Origin: Amoebophrya sp. A120
Lineage: Eukaryota > Protista > Dinoflagellata
Assembly (NCBI GenBank): GCA_905178155.1
Contig: CAJINV010000013.1
Location: 796,344 to 860,343, forward strand
DNA length: 64,000 nt
Direction: 5' to 3'
In this document: positions 36,775 to 48,500 of the stretch, piece by piece
Numbering within the stretch: position 1 is the stretch's first letter
Layout: each line of letters begins with the position of its first letter
The notes under the pieces: model-generated
The model's database searches: none
Seen by the model: the letters and a program-made list of their open reading frames with translations, nothing else
What the model was told of the DNA's origin: nothing
Program-made: the position numbers and the translations under genes

Positions 36775-37673
36775 AAGATAAAAATGGAGAGAGTGTATCA
36801 GGTACTAGGACTTTATGCGCAGTTGAACATCAGGAGGATAGCGCTTAGATACGCGCTTGGGCTTGCGCAGGATCGTGCTTCTGCATTATGTGCTGCCCGC
36901 AACTTGTTTCGGTTTTGTGTTTCTGGCATTTGAGAAGTCTCTTTTTATGCTTTGTCTCGTGAAGGTGAAGAGCTCAATTGACGTAAGGACAAAAAAACGA
37001 TGACAATGGCTCGACGTCGACCCTCGCTGACAAAATTATCTGCGGAAAGGCAGAAGTGCAGAAAAATTCACTACGCTTCATTTACTATGTTTCAGTGGGA
37101 CGAGGAGGAATACGAAAAAATATAAATATGATCCAACAACAAGACAGCCACTTGTGGCACTGCCAAGAGCTTGACGGACCTTGGCAAGTGTTCGTGAGTA
37201 TCTTCGAAACACGAAGAAAATGGAGAACCGCGGCGGGGGGATGTTGATATAGTTGGAACATTGCTGTGCGTGCCAGTGGGGGCATCTTGAAGATGACCGA
37301 TGATGATGCACGTAGTATTGGTACGCATTGAATCGGTGTCGATCCGATCTTGTACTCCTCGTTTTTCAAGCCGGCACAAGAAGAAGGTCAGTGTCGCCCG
37401 CCGGCAGGCAACATCGTGCTTTCTAAATCAAAATCATTACAATTACTTTCAATGATAGTATGTCGCTTCATCAAGCATCAGCATTGATTATGCAAGCTGT
37501 GCTGCTTGTGCATTATCATACCTCGTCCAGTTTTCGGGTAAGCGCAAGGTCGAAACAAGGCGCTTCTCATGCTGCTGTGTTGTTAACGTTATTGGTTATT
37601 CCTTGACACTATTGATTCGCCCCTCTTTATTGCTGCGAGGGCTGGACCTACACCTGCCAGTCGAGACGCAAGA

Positions 37674-40600
37674 ATGCCTATCCTAAACCACTCTTCTACC
37701 GTCGCTTTGAACGCGATTGGTCACGAGGCTTTGAAGGACAAGCATGCGGCTCTGCTCCGCGACCTTGCTTCCACGGAGAAGGAACTGAAACGAGTGGAGA
37801 GCTCGCCGGCATTTTTCATCGCGCAGGAAGGGGAAGTAGATGTAGTTGACCATGCTGAGACATTTCCGCAACGTGCTGGCTCATCTGGTGGCTTATCGTC
37901 GTTTTCCTCTTCTTTTTCATCCAACAAAAACCCCATTCCGCAGAACCGGGCGCTGCAGATTTTGCAGCAGCAAGCGCTCGAGTCCGGGTTGTTCAAAAAT
38001 CCCGCGTTCGTGAAAAAGGAACGAATCCGGTGGCAGAGTTTGACAGTGGAGGAGCTATCCAGGAAAAAACACCCATCCCCATCCATTTTTTGCATGACAA
38101 GTGCTGTTTTTGATGCGTGTTTTGCACGACAAATTGGATGGGAGTGGGAGTTTTTTTGTGGATAGGAGCAGCAGGCGCAATACGACGCCATCTGCGCGGT
38201 GGTCCAAAATTTCAAAAATTGGCTGGAGGGCTGTGAAGAAAAGAAGAGCTTTAGTGGTGGTGCTCGTGCTAGGCTGCCGACCAGTAGGAGCGCCTCTACT
38301 TCGAACGGCGCTAGGGACGAGGTTATATCTGGTGCTAGAAGCAGAAATACAAATATTGACGATAAGTATACGTCATCTCAAAAAGAAGAGCGCGCACTTC
38401 TTCAAGAGCACGGCAAATCTTCGCACGTCGAAATTGCCACTTCCTATCCACGCGGTAGAGAAAAGCTTCGCGACTGGATCAACGAGCTGTATGAGTCAGG
38501 GTTGGAGCTGCTCAATGAGACTGGCTCGGTGTTGTTCATTTTTACCACCTTGAGACCTGAGTCTGACGATGATCATGATGGTCACCAGCATGGCGGCGCT
38601 ACGGAAAAGTCTTCGGCCGACCTTCTCAACGACGACGCTTTTCTCAGACTGGATACATTGTACGCTTTGGCGGTTTTTTATGAGAGTGCACAACATGCAG
38701 CCACCCCCCTCAGGCTCAGTTCTTGTCATACAAAATGGAAAATCCACATCCATTTCAACCCGCTCTGGCCTTTCAACAGCAGCACGCCTTGCATGTCAAG
38801 TTTGGGTCCGGAACCCCAAACAGATACAGAAATACCATCTGTGTGTGGGTTAATTGTGACACTTGTTACAGAACAAGCCGCCCTTGCAGAATTACGAATT
38901 ACCTTACTTCTGTTGCTGCTTCTCGTCATGCGCCCGGCGTACTTCATATGAGTTTGAGTAGGAGGCGGGCGAGCTGTAGTAGTGCAGCAGTACTTTCATA
39001 CTCCTACCTTTGTTTTGTCCCTGTGCACTCGTCTGTTTATCGCTTCGTCGAACTACCCGGAGGTCGATAAGGGGTACACGGTCCGGTCCGATCTGTCAAC
39101 GGGCTACCTGCGCGTAAAGAAACCAAACGAGGACGGGCGGCCTGACCAGCGGGGCAAGTTTTTTGCCGCTGTGGTTCTTTACCTCGTGGAGCCCAACAGC
39201 GGCAAGAAAATGATCAGTAGCACCTTCCGCCGCACCAGGGAGTTTTTCAACGCCGACGGCACATCGCACGAGATGCACCCCCTGGCGCTGGAGTATTTCT
39301 TGCTACACACGGAGTGCAAGCAGAACATTCGCACGATTCTCGCGGTAATATTGCTGGCCGACTTTCCGGAACTCATTATCGAGTTTCTATTACAGTGAAA
39401 AGTGCCCCCCACCCCCAAAGTTGCAAAAATTTGTGATGCGAAGTTTCCAAATGAAAACTTTTTGTCATGCATGAAAGGAGTACGAATCTTTCGGATGCAG
39501 AGTCTAGTCGTGTTTCGCATCGCTTGCATGACAAGCACCGCTCTTGCTGGGATCTTTTGCAATACAAATTTTTGCTATTCACCATCGGAAATCTGTGATG
39601 CTGATACATGCAAGAGGGCGAGCGTTTCATTTGGAAAGGTTTGCAATACAAATGCTTTCAAGTTCGGGGGTGGGGGCATTTTTCATTGTAATAGTTTCTC
39701 TACGCGATTTTGCTCCTGAACTACAGCAACCAAACGGTCGAATTTGGCACAACTACCACCTCGAGCTCCACTAAACCCGCCCTTGGGCGATGGCCAAGGC
39801 GCAGTGCAGCTGGAGTGGATCGCCTGCCACCTCCACCATTTCGTTTTCGGCGCTGCCAGTGCATGAAGAGTGGAATTTGCTTAAGATGATTTTCGTCTAC
39901 TTCTTTCAATTTCACCATGCAACATCACATAAAACATCAAATCGAGCAGGCGGTGAAAATACATACTTGATCTCGACAAACAGACCGGTATCCCGCAGGA
40001 AATTATAGCCATCGCGCTGATGGCACTGGCTATGAGAGTATGCAGAAGATGATAAAAACAAGTGGCGCTGCAATGCACGAGCACCATTTGCAGATGTATA
40101 GTGCTCCTCTGCTGGCGGACATAAGTAGTCACGGACGAGATTCACACTCCGACACTTTTTCTTTCTGCGAGTATACCACAACTTTATTCCACCAGAAAGT
40201 GAAGATAGCGGTGTTTGGAAAAAAAGGAGGGACTATCGCACACAAGGAATTCATGCCATGCGCGGCACCGAGCCCTTTGATCCGCAGGGCGGCTCATCAT
40301 GGGCGGCGGGTATCAATAGAACGAGAAGCGCTGGTGTAAAGAAAACCATCGGAAAAGTGAAAAATAGAATTAGAAATACGTTTTCTACACGTACTCGAAA
40401 AAGTAAAGGTAAAGGAAAACACGCTTCGCCGATGAAGAGGGGCCAGCCACTGGACCAGCGTCGCTCGACAAAAAGCAGCAGTTTCGTTGAGAAAAGCAAA
40501 GAACAAAATGAAACCACTAAGAACAAGTAGAAGAAGCTAGCAAGCGATATAATCATACATCATGATCGTATTTGAGTGATGTAGTGGTAGACGTTACGTG

Positions 40601-43600
40601 CGACGTATTTTATCATCAAAAAATAATAAGCCAAAAGATAAAGACTTTTTGATCGATGTGATGTGCTGCTGCGTTTTCAAAATGGATCGACCGCCACAGC
40701 GAAGTAGACGACAACACTCAAAGTGATACAACTGCCACTCGTTCTCTATCTCTGTCAGCCATTCAGATCTACTTTGAGTAACCTCCTAAGAAAGCACATT
40801 TAGCAGCTAGGGAAATATTCTTATGGTGTCCTGCTTCTTCGACGCAGGCGCAGCTTTGATTTTGTGTCTCCAGGAGCTGTTGACGTTCCAGTAGGTACTT
40901 TCGTTTGTGCTTGAGATGCGCCGTATCAACATCAAGCCCTCCTCTCCCTGCAAGAAGACAGAGAATCCGAAAAGAAGAAAACAGCTTTTCCCTGTAGTAA
41001 ACAGGCTTTCTTAAGAAACTACTTTTGAGCTTTCGTACAACTTTCGAATCTCTTTCAGAGTCCCTTGGAGCAAGCAACTTCTCATCCAAAAGCAGTCGGC
41101 TGCACCCCACGTTTTCGTCAGCAATGGCAACTTTTAAGCTTTAATTTGATATTTACGCTTTTAACTTATCCTTTTTACAGCACCCGTTTTTCTTTTTTCA
41201 GGCGGAAGTGCAAAGTCACTCAGGCGCAAGTGCTTCTGACCCGGAAACCATGACCCGGAAGTTCATCACGCTTCCACTCATAAAATTACAAACAAAAATA
41301 ACCAAAGATGAAGATTTAAAAATTAAATTCGTAGGCGGCAAATAATTTTAATCACCTTTATTCCCGATCTGGCATGATGAACATGTGCGCGCGCAGGTCA
41401 GGGGCCCAGTTTCTGGAACCAGTGAACCGGACGAGAGGGAGTCGCGTACTCCTGGATTTTTCACAAGTATGCAGATGAACTACTTATTAAAGATAAAGAT
41501 AAAGAGTTTCTCTACGCGATTTTGCTCCTGAACTACAGCAACCAAACGGTCGAATTTGGCTTGGTGTTTATCCTGTGTGATCATGAAAACTTTTCCGACA
41601 AGATGAAGCTCCATTTCAACATAACATTCTTCCCGCTGGCAGCACTACTTCTTCATCGGGTGCTTAGGCTTACACAACCACAAGGAGGTCTAATGCAGGA
41701 CAGAAGATTATGCATGAACATGAACATCAAGATCATGTGAGTGGGTGGATGTTCATGTTGGGGTGAGTGTCATCATTTACAGAGGATATTGCTCTGGGTT
41801 TCCTTGTTCGGAACCGTGGTGCACCTCTGCCGCCTCTCTATCACGTGCAAAAGGAAAAGCATAAACATGAGTAGCCGCAGCCGGTCTTAATCTCCATGAA
41901 TGCAACAGCACTGCATCAAGAATCCCAATCTGCACTATGTCTATGGGTTGTACTACGCTTTTCCAGTGCATACTCTCGTTGGAGCTGCAATACGAACTGA
42001 AACACGTGGACAAGCTGAAGCAGGTGGTCGAAAACTGTGACATCATATGACAGCGCACAACTAACTCTCCCCCTCATTTGTCATGGAAAATACCAAATGC
42101 TATGCACACTTTGCCTCTTGGCACTTTATGCATGACAGACTCTGGTAGCGCAAACAGCACTACATTCCGCGTCGCATTTGTCATGCAAAACCTGCAGTCT
42201 TGCCGAGGCTTGTATTCTTTCTGTTCATGCCATACAAATGAGGGGGAGGGGAAGTTGTGCAGTCTCATACATCACCTTCACAAAAGAAGACTTGGACAAA
42301 GAAGACCCTGACCACTCGGGCATCATGATACCACCTGGATCTTCATCTCGCGGACGGGGGCATCAAAACGTGGCCACGACAGGAGGAGCTGAGCCGGCGT
42401 ACGGAACAACGATAGCCCACGACGGGGATGGAGGCGCCGTCGTAGCGCCAGGTCCACCTTCCACAAAGAGGAAAGTGAAAGAAGTTCGCGGCGCAGGTGT
42501 CGCTCGTTGGGCGGAAAAACACGGCTCTTCCTGTCGCGTGTTGACCATCACGTCAGCGAATATTCCCAAATACCCGTATCCATAGAAGAAATTTTGTTCA
42601 GCTGGTGATAGTCCGTCGTGAGACGTTCTCTTGCTCCTCATATGAGATTTAAAAGTCGTTGCTTCATCGACCTCCGGGAAGGTGGCTGATGATATGGTTG
42701 GACGAGTTAAGAACACTCTTCGTGTTTCAAGTTTTAGAAGCATAAACCACACTCATCTCATCACGACGTCGACATCTTCACACATATGTTTTGGCGTTTC
42801 ATACTGCTGCGGGCGAGGCGATTGCAAACCACTGCTACCGGCTGGAGAAGCTTTCTGCCGCGGACAACTCGGAGATTGACGACGAACTAGCGATTAAGCT
42901 CTGCAAAAAGATCTTTGACAGTAATGGGCAAAACTCCAAGCTCGAGAAGCTGTTTCTGAACGGCACCAGCGTAACGGACGCCGGTTATCCTGAGTAAAAA
43001 CGTACCCACACCAGAGTCAGGATGGGGATTTTGCAACACAAACCTAGGAGTTTTGTGAGTCACGCATGACAATTTGCACTCTGCAGTGTAGTGCAGGTTA
43101 GCAAGTGCAGCCGCGGCACAGATTCATCTGCTCATCCTGTTCACAGCATCACAAATTCCAAAACGCGATTGGAAATGGCTCTCATGGGGATGCGCATTAC
43201 AAGTCTTCCTGTCTTTGCAAATCTGCATTACAACTCTGGCGTGGGTACGTTTTTCCTCAGGATACCGCATGCGGCGAGTTCCTCAAGTACTGTCCGAACC
43301 TGCACATGCTGGCGCTGAGCCGCTCCAAGTTCTCGGACATTGGGGCGAAGGCGGTGTCAGAAAACTGCCGCGAGTTGAAGGTTCTCGGCGTCAACAGCTG
43401 CGGTTTGACGGACAAAGGCGTGCGTGACCTGCTCTACGTGACGAGGACTACTTGTACAACGTCTTCAACTTCTGACGATGGATTTATTTTTGCAGGTGCC
43501 CCCGAGGGCGATAGAATAGTTGTACACCGCGAAGATCATGATCCCCACCAAGATCACGGACCGCGAGCTGCACCTCGTCCAGGAGAAACAGAAAGTCTGA

Positions 43601-44160
43601 ACAACGTCGACAGAACCGGATTTTCTGAGCAGGAGCCAGAGACTGGTCCAGCTGCAGAAGCGGTACTACTAGTTGCTGCAAATACAAGAACTAATTATAC
43701 AAGGACCTACAGCACGCCCTCCACCTATGGCAGCTCAAACCTGCACACGTTTAAGCTTGCGGACACGCCGATCACCGACGACGCGTGCACCTCCATCGCG
43801 GTGTCGCTGAACATGAAGTTGAAAACCCTGCATCTGTTCAAGTGCGACCGCGTCACGGACCAGGGAATCCGGGTGGTGGCGGAAAACTGCCAGAACCTGG
43901 AGGAAATAGACCTCCACGGTCTGCAGTTCGTCACTGACTTGTCTGCACATGCTTTGGCGGACAACTGCCCGCATCTGAAGCGCTTTTACCTTTCTGACAC
44001 CAGCATCACCGCCCGGGGGTTGAATCGTCTTCTGGAAAAAGAGAACGCCGTGAAGATCATGCGGCTGGAGGCGAAAAATTGCGTCTTTGAGGAGGCGGAG
44101 CGGAAAGCGCTGCGGGAGAAAGCTACCGTGCTCTCGGAACAGCTCCAGCTCGTGCTGTGA
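37674..44160 (+). CDS. Membrane-anchored leucine-rich-repeat protein (cysteine-containing/AMN1-FBXL-like LRRs), ~9 exons, interrupted by a 1.75 kb insertion
   Basis: Sequential removal of introners 38056, 38679, 39388, 41839, 42046 and 42986, a GT-AG intron 41564-41782 and a tentative intron ~42577-42808 gives one frame. TM region (LADFPELIIEFLYAILLL; LRILLWVSLFGTVVHL) then LRRs (LEKLFLNGTSVTD, CPNLHMLAL, LKTLHLFKCDRVTDQGI, CQNLEEIDL). Confidence 0.75.
38056..38164. mobile_element. Introner
   Basis: TATCCAGGAAAAAACACCCATCCCCATCCA / TGGATGGGAGTGGGAGTTTTTTTGTGGATA. Perfect DR GGAGC. In-frame join VEE|QQAQYD. Confidence 0.92.
38679..39000. mobile_element. Degenerate introner (11629 family)
   Basis: TATGAGAGTGCACAAC / AGTACTTTCATA. 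DR eroded (TTTTT/CTCCT). A 327-nt removal gives LAVF|TFVLSLC in frame. Confidence 0.7.
39388..39693. mobile_element. Introner
   Basis: TATTACAGTGAAAAGTGCCCCCCACCCCC / GGGGGTGGGGGCATTTTTCATTGTAATA. Perfect DR GTTTC. Confidence 0.92.
39749..41505 (+). mobile_element. Retroposon-like insertion copied from 53686-53759 plus 54794-56467
   Basis: Apparently identical to the downstream segments. Ends in (TAAAGA)3. Flanked by a 55-bp direct repeat (39694-39748 = 41506-41560). 5' junction microhomology TTGGC. Confidence 0.85.
41839..41972. mobile_element. Introner
   Basis: TATCACGTGCAAAAG / CTTTTCCAGTGCATA. Perfect DR CTCTC. Joins HLCRL|SLELQYE. Confidence 0.85.
42046..42269. mobile_element. Introner (11629 family)
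   Basis: TATGACAGCGCACAACT..CCCCCTCATTTG / CAAATGAGGGGG..AGTTGTGCAGTCTCATA. Perfect DR CATCA. Joins ENCDI|TFTKEDL. Confidence 0.92.
42986..43264. mobile_element. Introner
   Basis: 32-bp TIR with 2 mismatches (TATCCTGAGTAAAAACGTACCCACACCAGAGT). DR CCGGT/CCGCA. Joins the LRR TDA(G/A)|CGEFLKYC. Confidence 0.93.
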
Positions 44161-45578
44161 GATAAGGGACGTTGTACTGCGAAAGCAACTAAGTTTAAGT
44201 ACTACCCGACGAGCAGCACGCTCTTGTTTCCATGTTAGCATGACCTGCCGACGGCGCTTTTGGTCCAGCTGGTGCCGCTGCGATACTTACGGGGCTAATA
44301 TACTAGAAAAGACGTGTAGTTGACAAATACAAGTTCGGTCTCCATCAAAGTTTGTGCTTGGACTAGAGATGTGTCGTTCAACATGATCGTCAGGAACATT
44401 TATAGCAGGCTTGGGCGTCTGCAACCGAAGAACCCGCATCGGTTGCGCCCACATCGCTCTTCCTTCGTAAGCACTTCATAATCATTCAAAGAAAAGCCGC
44501 CCTTGTATGATTTGCTCTTTGATCGCAAATGTCTACCTGATCTACTTTGTCAGGACCAGGAGGAGCTGCTTTGCCAGCAGCATTACATCGGTACTAGTTG
44601 GTGGTCAGACACTACTAAACCTTGTCGGCGTTTTTCTCCGTTCGCTACAGAATGTTGTTCTACTTTATCGCGACGTGTTTACACCGTGACTGAAGAGCTG
44701 CGCACGATGCGCATTTTATGGCAATGACTACAGGTACAGGAGTAGTACAAGAGCCCGAGGAGGGGCTGTTCGTGTTCGTGACCCATTCGCTCACAACCTC
44801 TATTCGTTTTGTTTATCCGTTCGTCACTTGAATCGGTGTTCTCCGTCAAGTTTGCGTCGCCTGAAAGAGAAAATCAAAATACAGAAGTAAACACGACTAC
44901 ATCTTTGTCGGTGTCGTTTTCTGATTCATTTATTTCGTACAAGAACTTCATCGTTTTCGTCCATCTTGCCGTATTTTTGGTACTAGTATCTTCATCTTGT
45001 TCACATGACTGTGATGTTGAAGAAACCAACGTCAGCATGTCTACATCTTCTTGCACATTTATATCTTTATGCCTCGTTTCGCGCTTGTTTGTTTCAGCAG
45101 GCTGTTGCAGTTCGGACACCCTCCGCCTCCGTCTTAAGGGGCTACAACTACGTACTTATTTTACACTCGGAATCGGATATCCTCCGTCCTCTTCCTGCAC
45201 TGTATAGTAAAGACGTCATCACAAATTAAAATATATAATTATCAACCAAAACCATCTAAAATACTAGCACCTAGCAGCAATCCCCCTGCCAACTAGTACG
45301 AACTTTCCCTTTCACTATATCACTCTGCTTTTGCAACTATATCAAGACCAAGACGACGAGGTGTTTCACCTCGACCCAAAATTTTCGATATTGTGTCTAG
45401 TATCCCTGAGACGCTGCAAAGAAAAAGTACCTCTTAGTCTTACTACGTCAAAAGAAGTATATACAGCACTTCAAGTTTTGTCGTTACATCATACCTAATT
45501 GTAACTGTAATTAATCTGGATCGACTGTCAGCACTGTCACGACGCGCGAGCAGAATTACGCCGGCGATCTGCTCGAAA

Positions 45579-48500
45579 ATGGCGGCGCCGTCAAGTTCGC
45601 TAAGCGGCCCAGCTCGACCTGCGCGTCCTGCTCCTGTCCGGGGCAGAAGCCAGCGCTTATTCGAACGTAAAAATCGCCCGGCTGGCGCAGGTGGAGGTCC
45701 TCGCCGCGCCACACGGGGCAAGAAGAAAAAGAAGACAAACAAGGCTGGTGGTGCAGCGGGCTGTACACCTGCGGAGCAGGAAAAGAACAGGAACAACCGA
45801 GCCACCTCTTCCTCTAGCTCTACAAGCCGCGATGGGAGCGCTAGCTCGAGCTCCTCCGGAAGCAGCAGGACCAAAACGAAAAACGAAGCGCCACGATCTG
45901 TTCCTGTCGGAAACATGCATACGAGTCATCATGAGCACAACAAGCATGATGCCAAGAACACGGAAATGAGGAAAAAAACCGACCATTACGCCTCCTCGTC
46001 CTCGTCCTGTAAGGTGGCTGAAAAAGACGAGCGAAGCTTTTTTTTGGCCATTCACGACGCCCTGATCGCTGCAGCGAGGGAAATAAAACTCTCGCAGTCC
46101 CCGGGACAACCAGAAGCTAGACCAGGGGCAAGCGAGCGGGAGCGCATCGGAACCGGGCATGATGGGATGTTTTCTTCTGAAAATGAAAATCCAATTGTTC
46201 CTTGCCACCAGGACACTAAACTACAACATCGACACAAGTCTACGCCGGCGAAGATCAGCACGCAAAAACTCCGTCCCCAGCACGGTCAACGGCGGACATC
46301 GACTTCCCGCCTGCAGACGGCCGCACTGAAGAAGTTGATCTCCGGCGTTTTGCTGTGGCAAGCCGCAGACACGGTAAAACCGCCGCAAAACGCTGGCGCG
46401 AAACAGCGAGTGGAGGAGGACGACGCGGGCGCAGAAGGTGTCGCCGGTGATGAAGAAGCATCACCACCTCCCGTGCGGGGGAACAAAAAGCCCAAACCTT
46501 CGCGCTCGCGCCGCGCTGCGAGAGCCAGGAAGAACAAGAACGTGGACGCGGGAGTGGCTGCTGACGTGGCGAGACACAGTTGGCATTTTCGCAATCTCGG
46601 AGAGAAGCTGCAAAAACAGGAAAAAGATCTCAATGCTGGATCTTCGCGCGACGCTTCTTCCGCCTTTGCCGAAAAGAAAGGGTCACGAAGTGGAAGTCGA
46701 AGTACAACGCGGAAGAAAAAGTCGCGCAAGGGTAAAAAGCGCAGCAGGAGCAGCTCCTCCAAGAACAGTCGAACTTCTTCGACAGAGGGCGAGTCATCGT
46801 CTGCTCTGTCGCAAGATGAAGACAAGAAATCTTCGGGTGACGACGTGGCTTCGCGGCCCGACTTTCCCAGAAACGCGGACGCCGGTCGTGAGAACGACCT
46901 CGAAGAAGGACCGAAAGATGGGACCCCCGCAGCCGATTCTTTTGTGGAAAAGCCGGAAAACACGGCCAGTGACCTGCTTGGTGCACCAGCGGGTGATGTT
47001 ACTGCTTCTTCAAAAAAGGAGTCTTCGAGTTCGACAAATAAGCGTGAGGACCGCAAGCGCAAGCGAAGGAGCAGAACAAGCTCGTCCTCCAAGTCCTCTA
47101 GAAGGCGTGCCGGAGCCTCGTCTTCAAAAACACCTCCATCATCACCGCCGGTGGAACAGATGGCCTCGTCGTCTGCAGCAACACAAGCGGGGCCAGACCA
47201 GCCAGCTGAGCGTGGCCGTGACGTCGAGGACAAAAACGAGAATCGTGCGCCGGGCGCTCCTGCCGCCACGCAGGTAAGTACCTTCTGGGTCTTAGTCTAG
47301 TCATCACTTTCGAGGGCACGCAGTTTTCAGGGCAACGCCCGCGCAACCTCGTGAGGACCGGGCTGGGGTATCCACCTCTCCTGTGGGCCCATTTTAGTAA
47401 AAAGAATTCAGGCAAGAAACAGCCGGAATTTGTCGCAGACCGATGCCCAAGCGGACGGTCAGCGAGAGCAGAGGGGGAGGCGCCTGACCTCCCACGACTG
47501 CCACGCGCGCGCATGTTAAAGACGCGCAGCGCTATGGCGAAGCTGATGTTGATGACGCCGGCCGCTAATGCAGTTGCAGACGCGTCCTGGGCGACCGTGG
47601 CGCGGGTCGTACGACCCAAATTTGGACAAAAGTCCACCGAGTTGCGCCATCCTGTGTGCCGACCCATAGGGAACTGGGGGGAAGGCTGCGAACGCGAAGT
47701 GGCCCTCGGGCATCACACCAGCCGACCGTATCCCACCTGCGTGGCACTTAGCTAGGGACTGCGTAAGCAACGCTGCAAATTTACACTTCAGACGATGATT
47801 AGAGATTCCTCGGAATGGAATGCTGCCTGTTTGGCGTGTTTGATGCTTTCACAGTTTTGCGCCCAATTCAAAGGTTAAATATTGGGGTTGGTTTTGATGC
47901 TAATTCACTCAAATGATCTAAAATCGTGCGTGATGAGTAGGTAGTGGCTCCTGCAAATGAGACGATGACGCTGATACTGAGAATCAATATTGAGGCTCGT
48001 CGCTTCTAAGCATGTATGTTTTCCAATGTTGTGGTCAAAATCTTCAAAATAAATCAATGAAAGTAAGAACAAGAAGGAGGCTCGCTAGCGGAAAACTGTG
48101 CGCACGCCATTTGTTCTGAAACTCGTCCAGGGAAACGGAATAAAGCACCACTTCGTGCTCCTTCACCTCGTCGTGTTTCCCCTCCAGTAGGGCCGAGTCG
48201 ATTCTACTTACTATGTCTCTTACATTACCGTCGCTGCTCCGCATTCACATTCACTTTTCCAAATTTAACACTACAGCCCGTCCCCGTCGAGCGTGGCCGC
48301 GACGTCGAGGACAAAAACGAGAAGGGAGCTTCGACGACAAACCGCGAGGACAAGAAGGCAGATGAAAGCGTCTTGATTCCCCCCGCTCGCGATGAAGGCA
48401 CCGAAGCCCCCGACCACGCGTCAACACCCAGCGGGAAAACGAAAAGCAAGGCAAATAAGAAGAAAAAGCGGAAGAGCAGTAAAAAGCGCAGGAAGAGGAG

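Noticed and set aside
42577-42803. Possible additional introner in the LRR gene
   Set aside because: It has TAT..ATA ends and element+5 removal is in frame, but there is no convincing TIR or DR; kept only as a tentative intron.
46286-47269. Long minus-strand ORFs (also 14267-15187, 50476-51441, 8408-9154)
   Set aside because: Antisense shadows of GC-rich plus-strand coding exons.
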